A DNA stretch of 63,133 nucleotides, counting the filler, from Methanobacteriota archaeon (GTDB taxonomy: Archaea; JACRDV01): the NCBI GenBank assembly GCA_024860865.1. It is 6 parts of 6 records of this genome, joined end to end, with 100 filler letters (N's around TTAATTAATTAA, not from the genome) between each part and the next. Parts side by side here need not be neighbours in the genome. Positions count along the whole stretch, not along the records: positions 34,340 to 56,073 come from JACRDV010000090.1; 5 more parts are not named here. One strand, written 5' to 3'. Shown in pieces: positions 40,294-50,021 of this stretch (position 1 is its first letter; the number at the start of each line of letters is the position of its first letter). The notes under the pieces are model-generated. The model was given only the letters and a program-made list of their open reading frames with translations. It was not told the origin of the DNA and ran no database searches. The position numbers and the translations under genes were made by a program.

Positions 40294-41136
40294 TTATCCG
40301 GCTAATTTTTTTGTCACTCGTTGGTAAAAGTCGCTCTCAAGCTTGATAAAATAAGCATAGCTTTGTGATTTGGTAAAAATTATCTCTTTGTCATAGTTTA
40401 CTTCTCTGATGTGTTGCCCATCAACTACAACTATTGCCTTCTTACCAGGCTTCAACATTCTTACTTTAATTGTACTATCAGCCGGAATAACAAGTGGTCT
40501 TGCACTTAATTTAAATGGGCATATTGGAGCAATAATGAAAGCATCAACCCGTGGATCAACAATTGGGCCTCCGGCAGAAAGAGCATAGGCAGTTGAACCT
40601 GTTGGAGTTGCTACAATTACTCCATCTGCTCTAATTTCTTCTGCAACTTGGTTGTTTATGCTTATTTCTAAGCGAAGCATTTTTGCCGGTGCGGCGGTCA
40701 TTATAGCTGCTTCATTCAAGGCATCTGGCAGCCTTTCACCAGCAATTTTGACACTTAGTTTTGTTCTTTTTTCAGTAATATATTTTCCAGCAACAATCCG
40801 ATTCAAGGCTTTCGGGATTTCATCAGGCATAATTTCAGTCATAAATCCTATGTCGCCAAGATGGATTCCAACAATTGGGATTTGTTTCCCTGCTAGTTGG
40901 CTCTCGGTTCTAAGTATTGTTCCATCGCCACCAATTGTTATGATTAGATCAACATCCATGTTCTTAATTGGCAGAGAAGGTCCTTTGACGGCTCTTGCTG
41001 TAATTGGATCGAAGAAAACCTCAATTTTTTTTGCTTTGAGAAAATGAAAAACTTTTTTTGTTATTTCTACCGCATTTTTAAGATCTGTTCTTGCAATAAC
41101 TCCAACTTTTGAGACTTTCATTATTCCTTTCCTCAC
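40294..41136 (-). CDS. nadK: NAD kinase
   Basis: GGDGT, NE, DG...ATPTGSTAYALSAGGP. Confidence 0.95.
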   Translation of the reverse strand: MRKGIMKVSKVGVIARTDLKNAVEITKKVFHFLKAKKIEVFFDPITARAVKGPSLPIKNMDVDLIITIGGDGTILRTESQLAGKQIPIVGIHLGDIGFMTEIMPDEIPKALNRIVAGKYITEKRTKLSVKIAGERLPDALNEAAIMTAAPAKMLRLEISINNQVAEEIRADGVIVATPTGSTAYALSAGGPIVDPRVDAFIIAPICPFKLSARPLVIPADSTIKVRMLKPGKKAIVVVDGQHIREVNYDKEIIFTKSQSYAYFIKLESDFYQRVTKKLAG

Positions 41137-41933
41137 TTTGTTAACCCTAATACTTTAGTAAAAAGCTTTTTATTGGCAGCAATCAATCCAAGCTTTCTTT
41201 TGATATCGAGCTCAAATGCAAACTTACTGCCATTTGAATTGCCTATGATTCCCCCAGCTTCCTCTAGAATTAGCTTAGCAGCTGCGATATCGGTTACTTT
41301 AAGAACATCTCGCAAATCAATTACGCAATCAAGTGATCCATCGGCAACATAGCACAACTCTAATGCAACTGAACCTAAACTTCGAATTCTTTTGATAGTT
41401 CGGCACAATTTGGCCACTTTGCCCAAACTTTTGTCATTGATGTAAATGCTGCACATTGCTTCCTTTAGAGAAGATTGTTGAGAAGTCGAAATTTTTTTAT
41501 TATTTAAAAAAGCACCCTTATCTTTGAATGCAAAATAAGTGTCATTTGTTTCTAAATTTTCTACAAAACCAAATTCGATATCTTCAAATAATGGAGTTCG
41601 ATTGGTGCCGATACCGATTGAGACTGAGTAGAAAGGAATCCCATGGGTTGCATTTAACGTTCCATCGATTGGATCAAGCACAACAAACAATTCTGGTTGA
41701 GGCCCGACTACCAAGTTCCCAATTTCTTCGCTAATCAACAAAAAAGAGGCTAAATTCTTTTTTAAAACTTTAATCGCCGTCTGTTCGGCTACCTCATCAA
41801 TTCTCAGAGTTGGAGCTCCATTCGCTCCAATCCCAACAATTTTTCCGGATTCTGGCTTTCCTAGCAATGGAGTTATTCTAATTTTAATCTCTTCTGCGAT
41901 TTCTTGCGATAACTTTAACCAAGGATGCTCCAA
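41133..41933 (-). CDS. suhB: Inositol monophosphatase / FBPase family
   Basis: SEE, DPIDGT, RSLGS, DIAA motifs. Confidence 0.9.
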   Translation of the reverse strand: MEHPWLKLSQEIAEEIKIRITPLLGKPESGKIVGIGANGAPTLRIDEVAEQTAIKVLKKNLASFLLISEEIGNLVVGPQPELFVVLDPIDGTLNATHGIPFYSVSIGIGTNRTPLFEDIEFGFVENLETNDTYFAFKDKGAFLNNKKISTSQQSSLKEAMCSIYINDKSLGKVAKLCRTIKRIRSLGSVALELCYVADGSLDCVIDLRDVLKVTDIAAAKLILEEAGGIIGNSNGSKFAFELDIKRKLGLIAANKKLFTKVLGLTK

Positions 41934-42060
41934 TTTAGTCCCTCTCCTGATTGTGATAATTTACAATTGAGTTTAAACAATTTGCCTTGCTAATTTAATT
42001 TTCTATTGCGAAACTTTAATAATAACTTAGACTAACTGAGTTAAATTTGGGGGCGTAATT

Positions 42061-42447
42061 GTGAAAAGAGTAGCTGAAGTAACTGAACTAAAAGAGGGCG
42101 GATTTGTTATTATAGATGGCGAGCCCTCTCGCATAGTATCTATCCAAACATCAAAAACTGGCAAACACGGCTCAGCAAAATCTAGAGTTGAAGCTATAGG
42201 AATTTTTGACAATCAGAAGCGAAGCATAGTGAAACCAGTTGATACAAAAATCGATGTTCCTATAATTGAGAAAAAATCAGCGCAAGTTGTTGCGCTTATG
42301 GGAGAGAAGGTTCAACTGATGGACTTAGGGACATATGCTATATTTGAAGCCCCGATAGTAGATGAAGTTAAGGGAAAATTAGCAGCTGGTGTTGAAGTTG
42401 AATATTTAGAGGCGCTGGGCAGGCGCAAAATCTTGCGAACAAAATAA
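42061..42447 (+). CDS. eif5a: Translation factor aIF5A
   Basis: [10 protein letters not shown] hypusine loop. Confidence 0.97.
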   Translation: MKRVAEVTELKEGGFVIIDGEPSRIVSIQTSKTGKHGSAKSRVEAIGIFDNQKRSIVKPVDTKIDVPIIEKKSAQVVALMGEKVQLMDLGTYAIFEAPIVDEVKGKLAAGVEVEYLEALGRRKILRTK

Positions 42448-42537
42448 ATGTAAATAAAATGATTTATTCATTATCATAAATTTTTATTAAATTTTAGATT
42501 CCTAGTTAAGAACTCTCAAAACTTTTGAGGGAAAATT

Positions 42538-43428
42538 TTGGAACTTCCTACTCTTCCTCCACTTCGTTTTGTAAATGCAGGATATAGTTTAGATGAAGCA
42601 GATGTTGCAATTCTAGGAGTGCCCTTTGATTCTACCGTATCATATAGACCTGGCGCAAGGTTTGGTCCACGTGGAATCCGTGAGGCAACATGGAACCTTG
42701 AGGATTACATATTAGAGCTAGATGTAAATTTAGCAACTGACATTAAAATTTCAGACTGCGGAGATGTAGATGTTATTCACGGTAATCTTGCCAAAACAAT
42801 TGATCAAGTCGAGACTATAGTTTCTGCCCTACAAAAGAGGAAGCTAGCAATAGGAGTTTTAGGAGGAGAGCACTCGATGACGTACCCGGTAGTAAAGGCT
42901 CTATCCAAAAAGCATGATTTTGGATTTATTCAGTTTGACGCTCATTTTGACTTAAGAGACGAATATTTAGGGGAAAAGCTATCGCATGCTACAGTGATGA
43001 GAAGAATCTCAGAAATAATCAACCCAGAAAACATGGTTCAAATTGGGATTAGATCCGCTAGTATTGATGAAAGAGAGTTTGCTGACAAACTTGGCAGCCA
43101 TATTTTTACTATGCAACAAATTGAAAAACTTGGAATTTATAAAATAGCTAAAAATGCTGTCAAAATAATGAAAAATATGGACTTTATCTATGTGAATATA
43201 GATATCGATGTACTTGATCCTGCCTTTGCACCTGAAGTAGGTTGTCCTGAACCAGGTGGCTTAACAACACGTCAACTTTTAGATGCAATAAATGTAATTG
43301 GCAAAATTGGAATTGATTCATTTGATGTTGTTGAAGTTTCTCCAACTTATATAGGCGGGATTACTGCTGTTGCTGCTGCGCGAGTAGTCTTTAACATTTT
43401 GGGTACAATTGCAAAAAACAAGAGTTAA
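42538..43428 (+). CDS. speB: Agmatinase
   Basis: GARFGP, GGEH, DAHFD, DIDVLDP. Confidence 0.92.
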   Translation: MELPTLPPLRFVNAGYSLDEADVAILGVPFDSTVSYRPGARFGPRGIREATWNLEDYILELDVNLATDIKISDCGDVDVIHGNLAKTIDQVETIVSALQKRKLAIGVLGGEHSMTYPVVKALSKKHDFGFIQFDAHFDLRDEYLGEKLSHATVMRRISEIINPENMVQIGIRSASIDEREFADKLGSHIFTMQQIEKLGIYKIAKNAVKIMKNMDFIYVNIDIDVLDPAFAPEVGCPEPGGLTTRQLLDAINVIGKIGIDSFDVVEVSPTYIGGITAVAAARVVFNILGTIAKNKS

Positions 43429-43434
43429 TTAAAT

Positions 43435-44394
43435 GTGAAAAGAATGGCAAAAAAGCACGTGCTGAGACCTGTTGAGCACGTTCAAATTACAGGTGTTCTT
43501 ACAGTTGATCAATTAGTTAAAAAAATGGCTGGTTCAGGTGCATTCGGAGCTGGTCGGTTATCTGAAGCAGTAGATGTTTTCACAGAAATGGTCAAAGACC
43601 GTGAAATGACTAAAATTTTGGGCTTAGCTGGAGCCATGGTTCCTGCTGGTATGAAGCAACTTATTGTTAAGTTAATTAGAGACGAATGGATTAATGTAGT
43701 TGTTACGACTGGTGGGAACTTAGTCCATGATTTAGTTGAAGCATTTGGCGGGAGACACTATAAAGGAACATGTTTTGCTGACGATACGAAACTAAGAGCA
43801 GATAAAATAAATCGGATCTATGATGTGTTTTTGCCAGATTCATATTTTGTATTATTTGAAAAAAAGATTCATAAAATTTTTGATGACATTAAGAAAAGGG
43901 AATTATCAATTCGTGAACTATTAACTGAAATCGGCAAACGATTAAAAGATTCGAACTCCATCTTGAAGGCAGCAGCTGATTGTGATGTGCCAATATTTTG
44001 TCCAGCTCTATCCGATTCCATAATCGGGCTTCAGCTGTGGCTTTATACTCAAGAAAAAAAATTGAAAGTTGATGCATTTAGAGACATGCATGAGCTTATA
44101 GAAATTTGTTATGCCGCAAAGAGGGCAGGCGGGATATTTTTAGGTGGAGGGGTTCCAAAAAACTTTATTTTGCAGGCAATGTTAGTTACTCCTAAAGGTG
44201 GCTATGACTGTGCAATTCAAATTACTATGGATCGGGCAGAAACCGGTGGTCTCAGTGGAGCAACATTAGAAGAAGCTATTTCATGGGGCAAAATAAAGGC
44301 TAGAGCTAAGCGCGTGACGGTTATAGGTGATGTAACATTAATTTTTCCGATTATAGTTGCTGCTGTTAATGAAAGACTCTCAATCGTTCATTGA
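43435..44394 (+). CDS. dys: Deoxyhypusine synthase
   Basis: AGAMVPAG, GGGVPKN, GGLSGATLEEAISWGK. Confidence 0.93.
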   Translation: MKRMAKKHVLRPVEHVQITGVLTVDQLVKKMAGSGAFGAGRLSEAVDVFTEMVKDREMTKILGLAGAMVPAGMKQLIVKLIRDEWINVVVTTGGNLVHDLVEAFGGRHYKGTCFADDTKLRADKINRIYDVFLPDSYFVLFEKKIHKIFDDIKKRELSIRELLTEIGKRLKDSNSILKAAADCDVPIFCPALSDSIIGLQLWLYTQEKKLKVDAFRDMHELIEICYAAKRAGGIFLGGGVPKNFILQAMLVTPKGGYDCAIQITMDRAETGGLSGATLEEAISWGKIKARAKRVTVIGDVTLIFPIIVAAVNERLSIVH

Positions 44395-44473
44395 AATTAT
44401 ATTTTGTTACTATTTTTTTGTGCGGAAAATTTTATAACTAATGTTATAAAGTAATAAAACGCAAGATAGAATA

Positions 44474-45583
44474 GTGATTAAAGTGGCCCATAGAATTTCT
44501 TCTATTCCTCATAAGGAACCTGTTAAGCCGATGAAAATTTTTAAAAAAATGGATATAAGTCAATTTATAAATGCATTAGGTGATGCAAGAGCTTTTAATG
44601 CAGGAAGGTTGTATGAAGCAGCTAGAATTTACAAAAAAATACTAACTGATAAGGAAATTGACATTACTTTAACTCTAGCTGGTGCCATGGTTCCAGCTGG
44701 TCTCCACGGGATATTTGCTGACATGATAAAAAATAACTTTATAGATGCGATATACTCTACTGGGGCGAATATCTTCCATGATCTACACATATCTTTAGGT
44801 CATCCATTTTTTAAGGGAGATTTTAGGGAAGATGACAAAGAATTGCGAAAAGCTGGATTGGAAAGAATCTATGATGTTCTTGTTCCAGCCGAGTCATTAA
44901 TGGCGGGTGATGTATTCACCTATGAATATGTATGCCCTCGAATTGCTAGGGAGTGTCAAAAGCACGGCCATCTTTAAACTGCTGAGTTTCATTACTTTTT
45001 AGGGAAATACGTTGATGAATATGTGAAAGATGATGAATTAAAAAACAATTCAATCTTGGTTCAAGCTTATAAAAGTGAAGTGCCAATTTTCTGCCCTTCA
45101 CCTGGCGATTCAACAATTGGAATGGATTTAGCTAGATATAGCGCACAAAATTCAGATTTACCTATTACAATAGATCCAAATAAGGATGTGCTCCAGACTG
45201 CAGCATTGGTTTATGTTAGCAAAAAAACAGCAGGAATAGAAATTGGAGGTGGAGCACCAAAAAACTTTTTCATGCAAACTCAACCAATGATCCAAGAAGT
45301 ATTAGGCCTAAAAAAAGCCGGACATGATTATTTTATTCAAATCACTACTGATTCACCTCAATGGGGCGGGCTCTCAGGTGCAACACCTCAAGAAGCAATT
45401 TCTTGGGGAAAACTTCACACAGAGGCTCGTAACGTTGTAGTATATTGCGATGCAACCATTGCAATGCCTTTAATTTATGGCTATGCCTTAAATGAGGTTG
45501 AAAAAAGGGAAGAAAAAAGATTGTTCTCTAGAATAAACAATGCAGTAGAAATCTTTAAATCAGACTTTAAAAAAGGACTATAG
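44474..45583 (+). pseudogene. Second deoxyhypusine/homospermidine synthase-like gene interrupted by one in-frame TAA
   Basis: ORFs 44474-44977 and 45023-45583 are in the same frame; HL*TAEFHYFLGKY; GGLSGATPQEAISWGK intact. Confidence 0.85.
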
Positions 45584-45595
45584 GAGCGCTAATTT

Positions 45596-46255
45596 TTGAG
45601 ATTAAAAAAATCGACTGGACTTATTGTTGCTCTTGATACTTTTTCTAAAGCAAAAGCAATTGCTGTTGCAAAAGTTGTTTCTGATTATGCTGATGCATTC
45701 AAAATTGGATATCCTCTTTTGCTTGATAATACTTTAGAGATTATTGCTGATTTAAAAAGAGTTTCAAAGTTTCCAATTATAGTTGATATAAAACTTGCCG
45801 ATATACCTGAAATAGTTGGCAATATTGCTCGCAGATTAGTTGCAAGTGGTGCAGACGGAATTATTGTTCAAGGATTTGTTGGACCTGATTCAATTAGGGC
45901 AGCCGTAGATTCATCTAAAGGGATAGATATTTTTGTTGTTGCTGAAATGAGCAATCCTGGCGCTGAGTTGTTTTTGAAAAAAGAGGCAATTAAAATAGCT
46001 AAGCTTGCAAAGTTTTTAAGAACAAGAGGAATAATTGCTCCAGCCACGAGGCCTGATGAAATAAAAAAGCTGAGAAAAATTGTAGGCAATGACTTTTTTA
46101 TTTTAAGTCCAGGGATTGGCCCTCAAGGTGGTTCAATAAGGCAAACGGTGAAGGCAGGAGCTGATTTCGTAATTATTGGTCGTGCGATTCTGCAGGCAAA
46201 GAATCCGGCTAAAGCAGCCGAAAATATTGTAAATGAAATCAAATCAATAAAATAA
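45596..46255 (+). CDS. pyrF: Orotidine-5'-phosphate decarboxylase
   Basis: ALD, DIKLADIP, SPGIGPQGG, IGR. Confidence 0.96.
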   Translation: MRLKKSTGLIVALDTFSKAKAIAVAKVVSDYADAFKIGYPLLLDNTLEIIADLKRVSKFPIIVDIKLADIPEIVGNIARRLVASGADGIIVQGFVGPDSIRAAVDSSKGIDIFVVAEMSNPGAELFLKKEAIKIAKLAKFLRTRGIIAPATRPDEIKKLRKIVGNDFFILSPGIGPQGGSIRQTVKAGADFVIIGRAILQAKNPAKAAENIVNEIKSIK

Positions 46256-46256
46256 T

Positions 46257-46311
46257 GACCAATGATGAGCTACTGGTATGATTGATGATTATCTCTGTGA
46301 GCCCTGAGGTC
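46257..46311 (+). ncRNA. C/D box methylation guide sRNA
   Basis: Terminal stem GACC/GGTC; C box ATGATGA 46262-46268; D' ATGA 46278-46281; C' TTGATGA 46282-46288; D box CTGA 46304-46307. Confidence 0.8.
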
Positions 46312-46539
46312 AATATTTTTATCTCGCGAAGAAATTTTACCTACCTTTAGGTTCTAGATCTTTATTTAGATAATCTAGCATAAATTTATTCAATCAATTT
46401 CTCTTTGAGGATTTACTAAACATCAAACTTTAAAAATCTAACAATTGATAACCTTAAAATAAGAAATCTTGGGAATACGCACATTTTTCGAAAAGTTTTT
46501 TGCGAAGAGTTCATAATTATAAACAATAACTTAAAGTCA

Positions 46540-49500
46540 GTGCTAGATATGCCGCCAGAAGTTGAAGAAACAGCATTGGTAGAGACAATTTCGGAAAGCG
46601 AGCTCTTTGATAGCAATGGTAGCTTACTTAAGACTAAAGGAAAGCTCCTAAAGAAATCCCAAAAGGGCGAAATTTACGGGGTTAAAGGAATTCCAGAGCT
46701 TTTGTATCTAGTTTTAAAGCCTGAGTTTAGTGCACCTGAAAAAACAATTGTTGAGCGCATAAGAAAGATAATATTTACCGAATCTAAAACTGATTTAGAC
46801 CAAATTTATGACTTTGAGGAGAAGAAAAGTCTACTTACGGGAGAACTTACACGGCATTTTAATGAAATTGGGGGAGATATCCCGGCTGGACGAAGAAAGG
46901 AAATCATCGATTATTTAGTCTCCGATATGGTTGGATATGGGCCCCTTGATACTTTGCTTTCAGATGATGAGCTTGAAGAAGTAATGGTTATTGGAACAGG
47001 CAAGCCAGTATATGTGGCCCATAGAAAATTTGGAACTTGTTTAACAAACATAATTTTTGAAAATGACACCGATGTAGTTAAAATTATAGATAAAATAGCG
47101 AGACCACTTGGCAGAAAGATTGACCTTCAAACTCCTCTCCTAGATGCTCGTTTACCGGACGGTTCGAGAGTTAATGCCACAATGCCTCCAATTTCACTTG
47201 GAGGTCCGACTCTAACTATTCGAAAGTTCAGAGTGGATCCCTACACCATTGTTGATCTGCTTAATTTCAAAACGATAAGTCTCGAGTTAGCTGCGTTTTT
47301 ATGGGTCTGCGCTGAAGGATTGCAAAGGCGGCCAGCAAGCATCTTGGTAGCCGGGGGCACGGGCTCTGGGAAATGCTTAGATGGACAAGAAAGTGTACTT
47401 TTAGCAAATGGCTCCTTAAAACAAATTGGCGAAATAGTTGAAAGAATGTGTGAGAAATATCAAGATAGAATCGTCAAAATAGATGATGGATATTATCTCG
47501 AGGTGCCTGAGTCTTTAGAAGTATTTACATTCGATCCAGTGGAGGCAAAAATAAAAAGTGCTACTGTTTCAAAACTTTGGAAATTAAAAGCTCCGCATCA
47601 TCTAATAAATATTAAAACGGAATCAGGTAGAAGTGTCACAACAACATTTGAACACCCATTCTTTACTGTTTTTGATGGCAAAATTTCCAAAATTAGAGCT
47701 GATAAGCTTAAAGAAGGTTCATTTGTTGCAATTCCTAGAATTTGTAAGACTATCACCAACTCAAAAAAATCTATCTTTGAACTTTTACAAAACAATCAAA
47801 TTATCTATATTAAATGTAAAGAAAAATTTGTTACAAAATTGTTTAAAAATTTGTTATTTAAATTTAAAACTTACAAAAATATATCTACTGCTCTACAACT
47901 TAAGCGCGGTAGATTAGATAGTTGGAGAAAAAGCAAAAAATTTCCTATAATTCACTTTGTTAAATTAATTGAGTTAGCGAATATCTCTAAAGAAAAAGCT
48001 TTAGGAGGAATTTTAGGGCTAACCACGAAAAATTATAACACTCTTGTTAAAATTAAAACTTTAAGTCCAGAGGTATTCCGAATTGCAGGTCTCTTAGTTA
48101 GCAGTGGTCATCTTTACAATCGTTCAATGAGAGTTTTTAATTCCAACAGACAGCTTTTGAGTGAAGTTCGAGATCTGGTGTATAAAGCATTTGGCATTAG
48201 AGGAAAAATGGTTTACCTTGGAGCTAGGGCCTCCTATTTTGAAGTTAACTCTAAGGTAATAGCTGTGATATTTGCAAACATCTTTAACATCCCAAAAAAT
48301 ATTTCGAAGTCTGATATTGTTGATCTCCCTGTTACTATAATGAGTGCACAAAGTGATTGTTTAGCCGCATTTATAAGCGGGCTATTTGATGCAGAGTGTG
48401 GAGTAGAAGAAGATAATGAGATAATATTCCATTCTGCTAGCAAGCAAATGCTTGAAAAATTGCAATATGCATTTTTAAGATTTGGCATTCATTCTCGTTT
48501 ACATACAAGAACTACTCGGAATAAAATTTATTATAGACTTTCCATTTCTGGTCAAGAGAATATCTCAATATTTCTAAGGCAATTTAAATATTGTAAAAAT
48601 ATTACTAAACTCAAAAAGAAAAAATCAAACACTAACATTGATGTAATCCCAAACGTATGTACTTCATTAAGTAATCTCATAAGAGAGTTTAAATTAACTC
48701 ATGCTGATTTAGCTCCAAAAACTGCTATTTCTCAGCATCTCTTTGGATTTTATACACAAAGTAAATGGTTACCTTCCAGAAATTCTTTGCAGAAAGTAGT
48801 AAAAGCATTTAAAGGTTTTGCTAAATTCAATTTGTTAACCGATGGAAGCGGGGTTATGAACTCAGTACATGAAGCTCTTAATGATCTAGAAGCACTTGCA
48901 GATTCTGATGTGCTTTGGGATAAAATAGAGAAGGTAAAAATTGTCAAATCAAAATCGAAATGGGTTTATGATTTAACTGTTGATGGAACCCACTCATTTA
49001 TTGCTGGTTCTGGTGGTTTAATTGTTCATAATACAACCACTATGAATTGTTTGGCAAACTTTATTCCCAAAGATACTCGGGTTGTTTCAATTGAAGATAC
49101 AGCTGAGCTTCAGCTCCCACTTGAGCACTGGATTAGATTCGAAACAAGGCCACCTAATATTGAAGGCAAAGGAGAAATTACAATGGATGATTTATTGAAG
49201 AATACGCTCAGAATGAGACCAGATAGAATTATTGTCGGTGAAGTGCGAGGAGGCGAGGCTAAAACTTTATTTGCTGCTATGCATGTTGGAACTCGGGGTT
49301 GTTTAGGTACAGTTCATTCAAATTCAGCTCATGAAACAATTTCTCGATTATTGAATCCTCCAATGAGTGTGCCTGAAATAATGATTCCTACTTTAAATTT
49401 AATAACTATGCAACACAAGTTTTTCTCGCGCGAAAAAGGGTTGATTCGAAGAATAACTGAAGTGGCTGAAGTTGGGGGAATAGAAAAAGGTCGCGTTCAG

Positions 49501-49758
49501 CTCAATAGGCTTTACGAGTGGAATGCACAAGCAGACACTATTAATCCAACCATCGTACCAAGCCGAATATATAATGAAATATTTGAGCACAGCAGTTTGA
49601 GTCGAGAAGCATTTGATGAAGAAGTCAACCGGCGAAAAATAGTTTTGACTTGGATGCAAAAAAAAGGTATTCGAGATGTTAAATCTGTAGGTTTGACTTT
49701 CCACCAGTACTACTTAGATCCAATTGGGTTTAGCAAGAAAATTTCAAAGGAGCTTTAG
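46540..49758 (+). CDS. Type IV pilus/VirB11-like (TadA/CpaF) ATPase containing an intein
   Basis: DARLPDGSRV, GGTGSGK|intein|TTT, SIEDTAEL, LRMRPDRIIVGEVRG. Confidence 0.93.
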   Translation: MLDMPPEVEETALVETISESELFDSNGSLLKTKGKLLKKSQKGEIYGVKGIPELLYLVLKPEFSAPEKTIVERIRKIIFTESKTDLDQIYDFEEKKSLLTGELTRHFNEIGGDIPAGRRKEIIDYLVSDMVGYGPLDTLLSDDELEEVMVIGTGKPVYVAHRKFGTCLTNIIFENDTDVVKIIDKIARPLGRKIDLQTPLLDARLPDGSRVNATMPPISLGGPTLTIRKFRVDPYTIVDLLNFKTISLELAAFLWVCAEGLQRRPASILVAGGTGSGKCLDGQESVLLANGSLKQIGEIVERMCEKYQDRIVKIDDGYYLEVPESLEVFTFDPVEAKIKSATVSKLWKLKAPHHLINIKTESGRSVTTTFEHPFFTVFDGKISKIRADKLKEGSFVAIPRICKTITNSKKSIFELLQNNQIIYIKCKEKFVTKLFKNLLFKFKTYKNISTALQLKRGRLDSWRKSKKFPIIHFVKLIELANISKEKALGGILGLTTKNYNTLVKIKTLSPEVFRIAGLLVSSGHLYNRSMRVFNSNRQLLSEVRDLVYKAFGIRGKMVYLGARASYFEVNSKVIAVIFANIFNIPKNISKSDIVDLPVTIMSAQSDCLAAFISGLFDAECGVEEDNEIIFHSASKQMLEKLQYAFLRFGIHSRLHTRTTRNKIYYRLSISGQENISIFLRQFKYCKNITKLKKKKSNTNIDVIPNVCTSLSNLIREFKLTHADLAPKTAISQHLFGFYTQSKWLPSRNSLQKVVKAFKGFAKFNLLTDGSGVMNSVHEALNDLEALADSDVLWDKIEKVKIVKSKSKWVYDLTVDGTHSFIAGSGGLIVHNTTTMNCLANFIPKDTRVVSIEDTAELQLPLEHWIRFETRPPNIEGKGEITMDDLLKNTLRMRPDRIIVGEVRGGEAKTLFAAMHVGTRGCLGTVHSNSAHETISRLLNPPMSVPEIMIPTLNLITMQHKFFSREKGLIRRITEVAEVGGIEKGRVQLNRLYEWNAQADTINPTIVPSRIYNEIFEHSSLSREAFDEEVNRRKIVLTWMQKKGIRDVKSVGLTFHQYYLDPIGFSKKISKEL
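47374..49032 (+). mobile_element. Intein (553 aa) with LAGLIDADG-type endonuclease region
   Basis: Starts CLDG after GSGK, block B TTTFEHPF, ends VYDLTV...IVHN before Thr; motifs IAGLLVSSG and FISGLFDAEC. Confidence 0.93.
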
Positions 49759-50021
49759 AATTAATATTTTAGCTTTAAACTGGCGAAAGATTAGACTTTC
49801 TAATGAAGTTTGTTTGACCTATTTATAGCAACCAAAATGAAGTTTGGTTTCTTTTGGAGAAGTGCTTAGAATAATATTCAAGCTAGTTGTTTTCTAGTTT
49901 TTTAATCCTACATTTACATTTCATAAATATGTCAGACAGTCAGACACATTTGGATTGGTATCTCAAAATTTTTGCATAAACCTATTATATTACAGTCTTT
50001 AAATATTTCTGAAAGATAAAT

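Noticed and set aside
44975-44977. Possible selenocysteine/pyrrolysine recoding in the second DHS
   Set aside because: The stop is TAA, not TGA or TAG; other genes here end in all three stops
49931-49946. GTCAGACA tandem repeat upstream of the second ATPase
   Set aside because: Only two 8-bp copies; could be a regulator site but chance cannot be excluded
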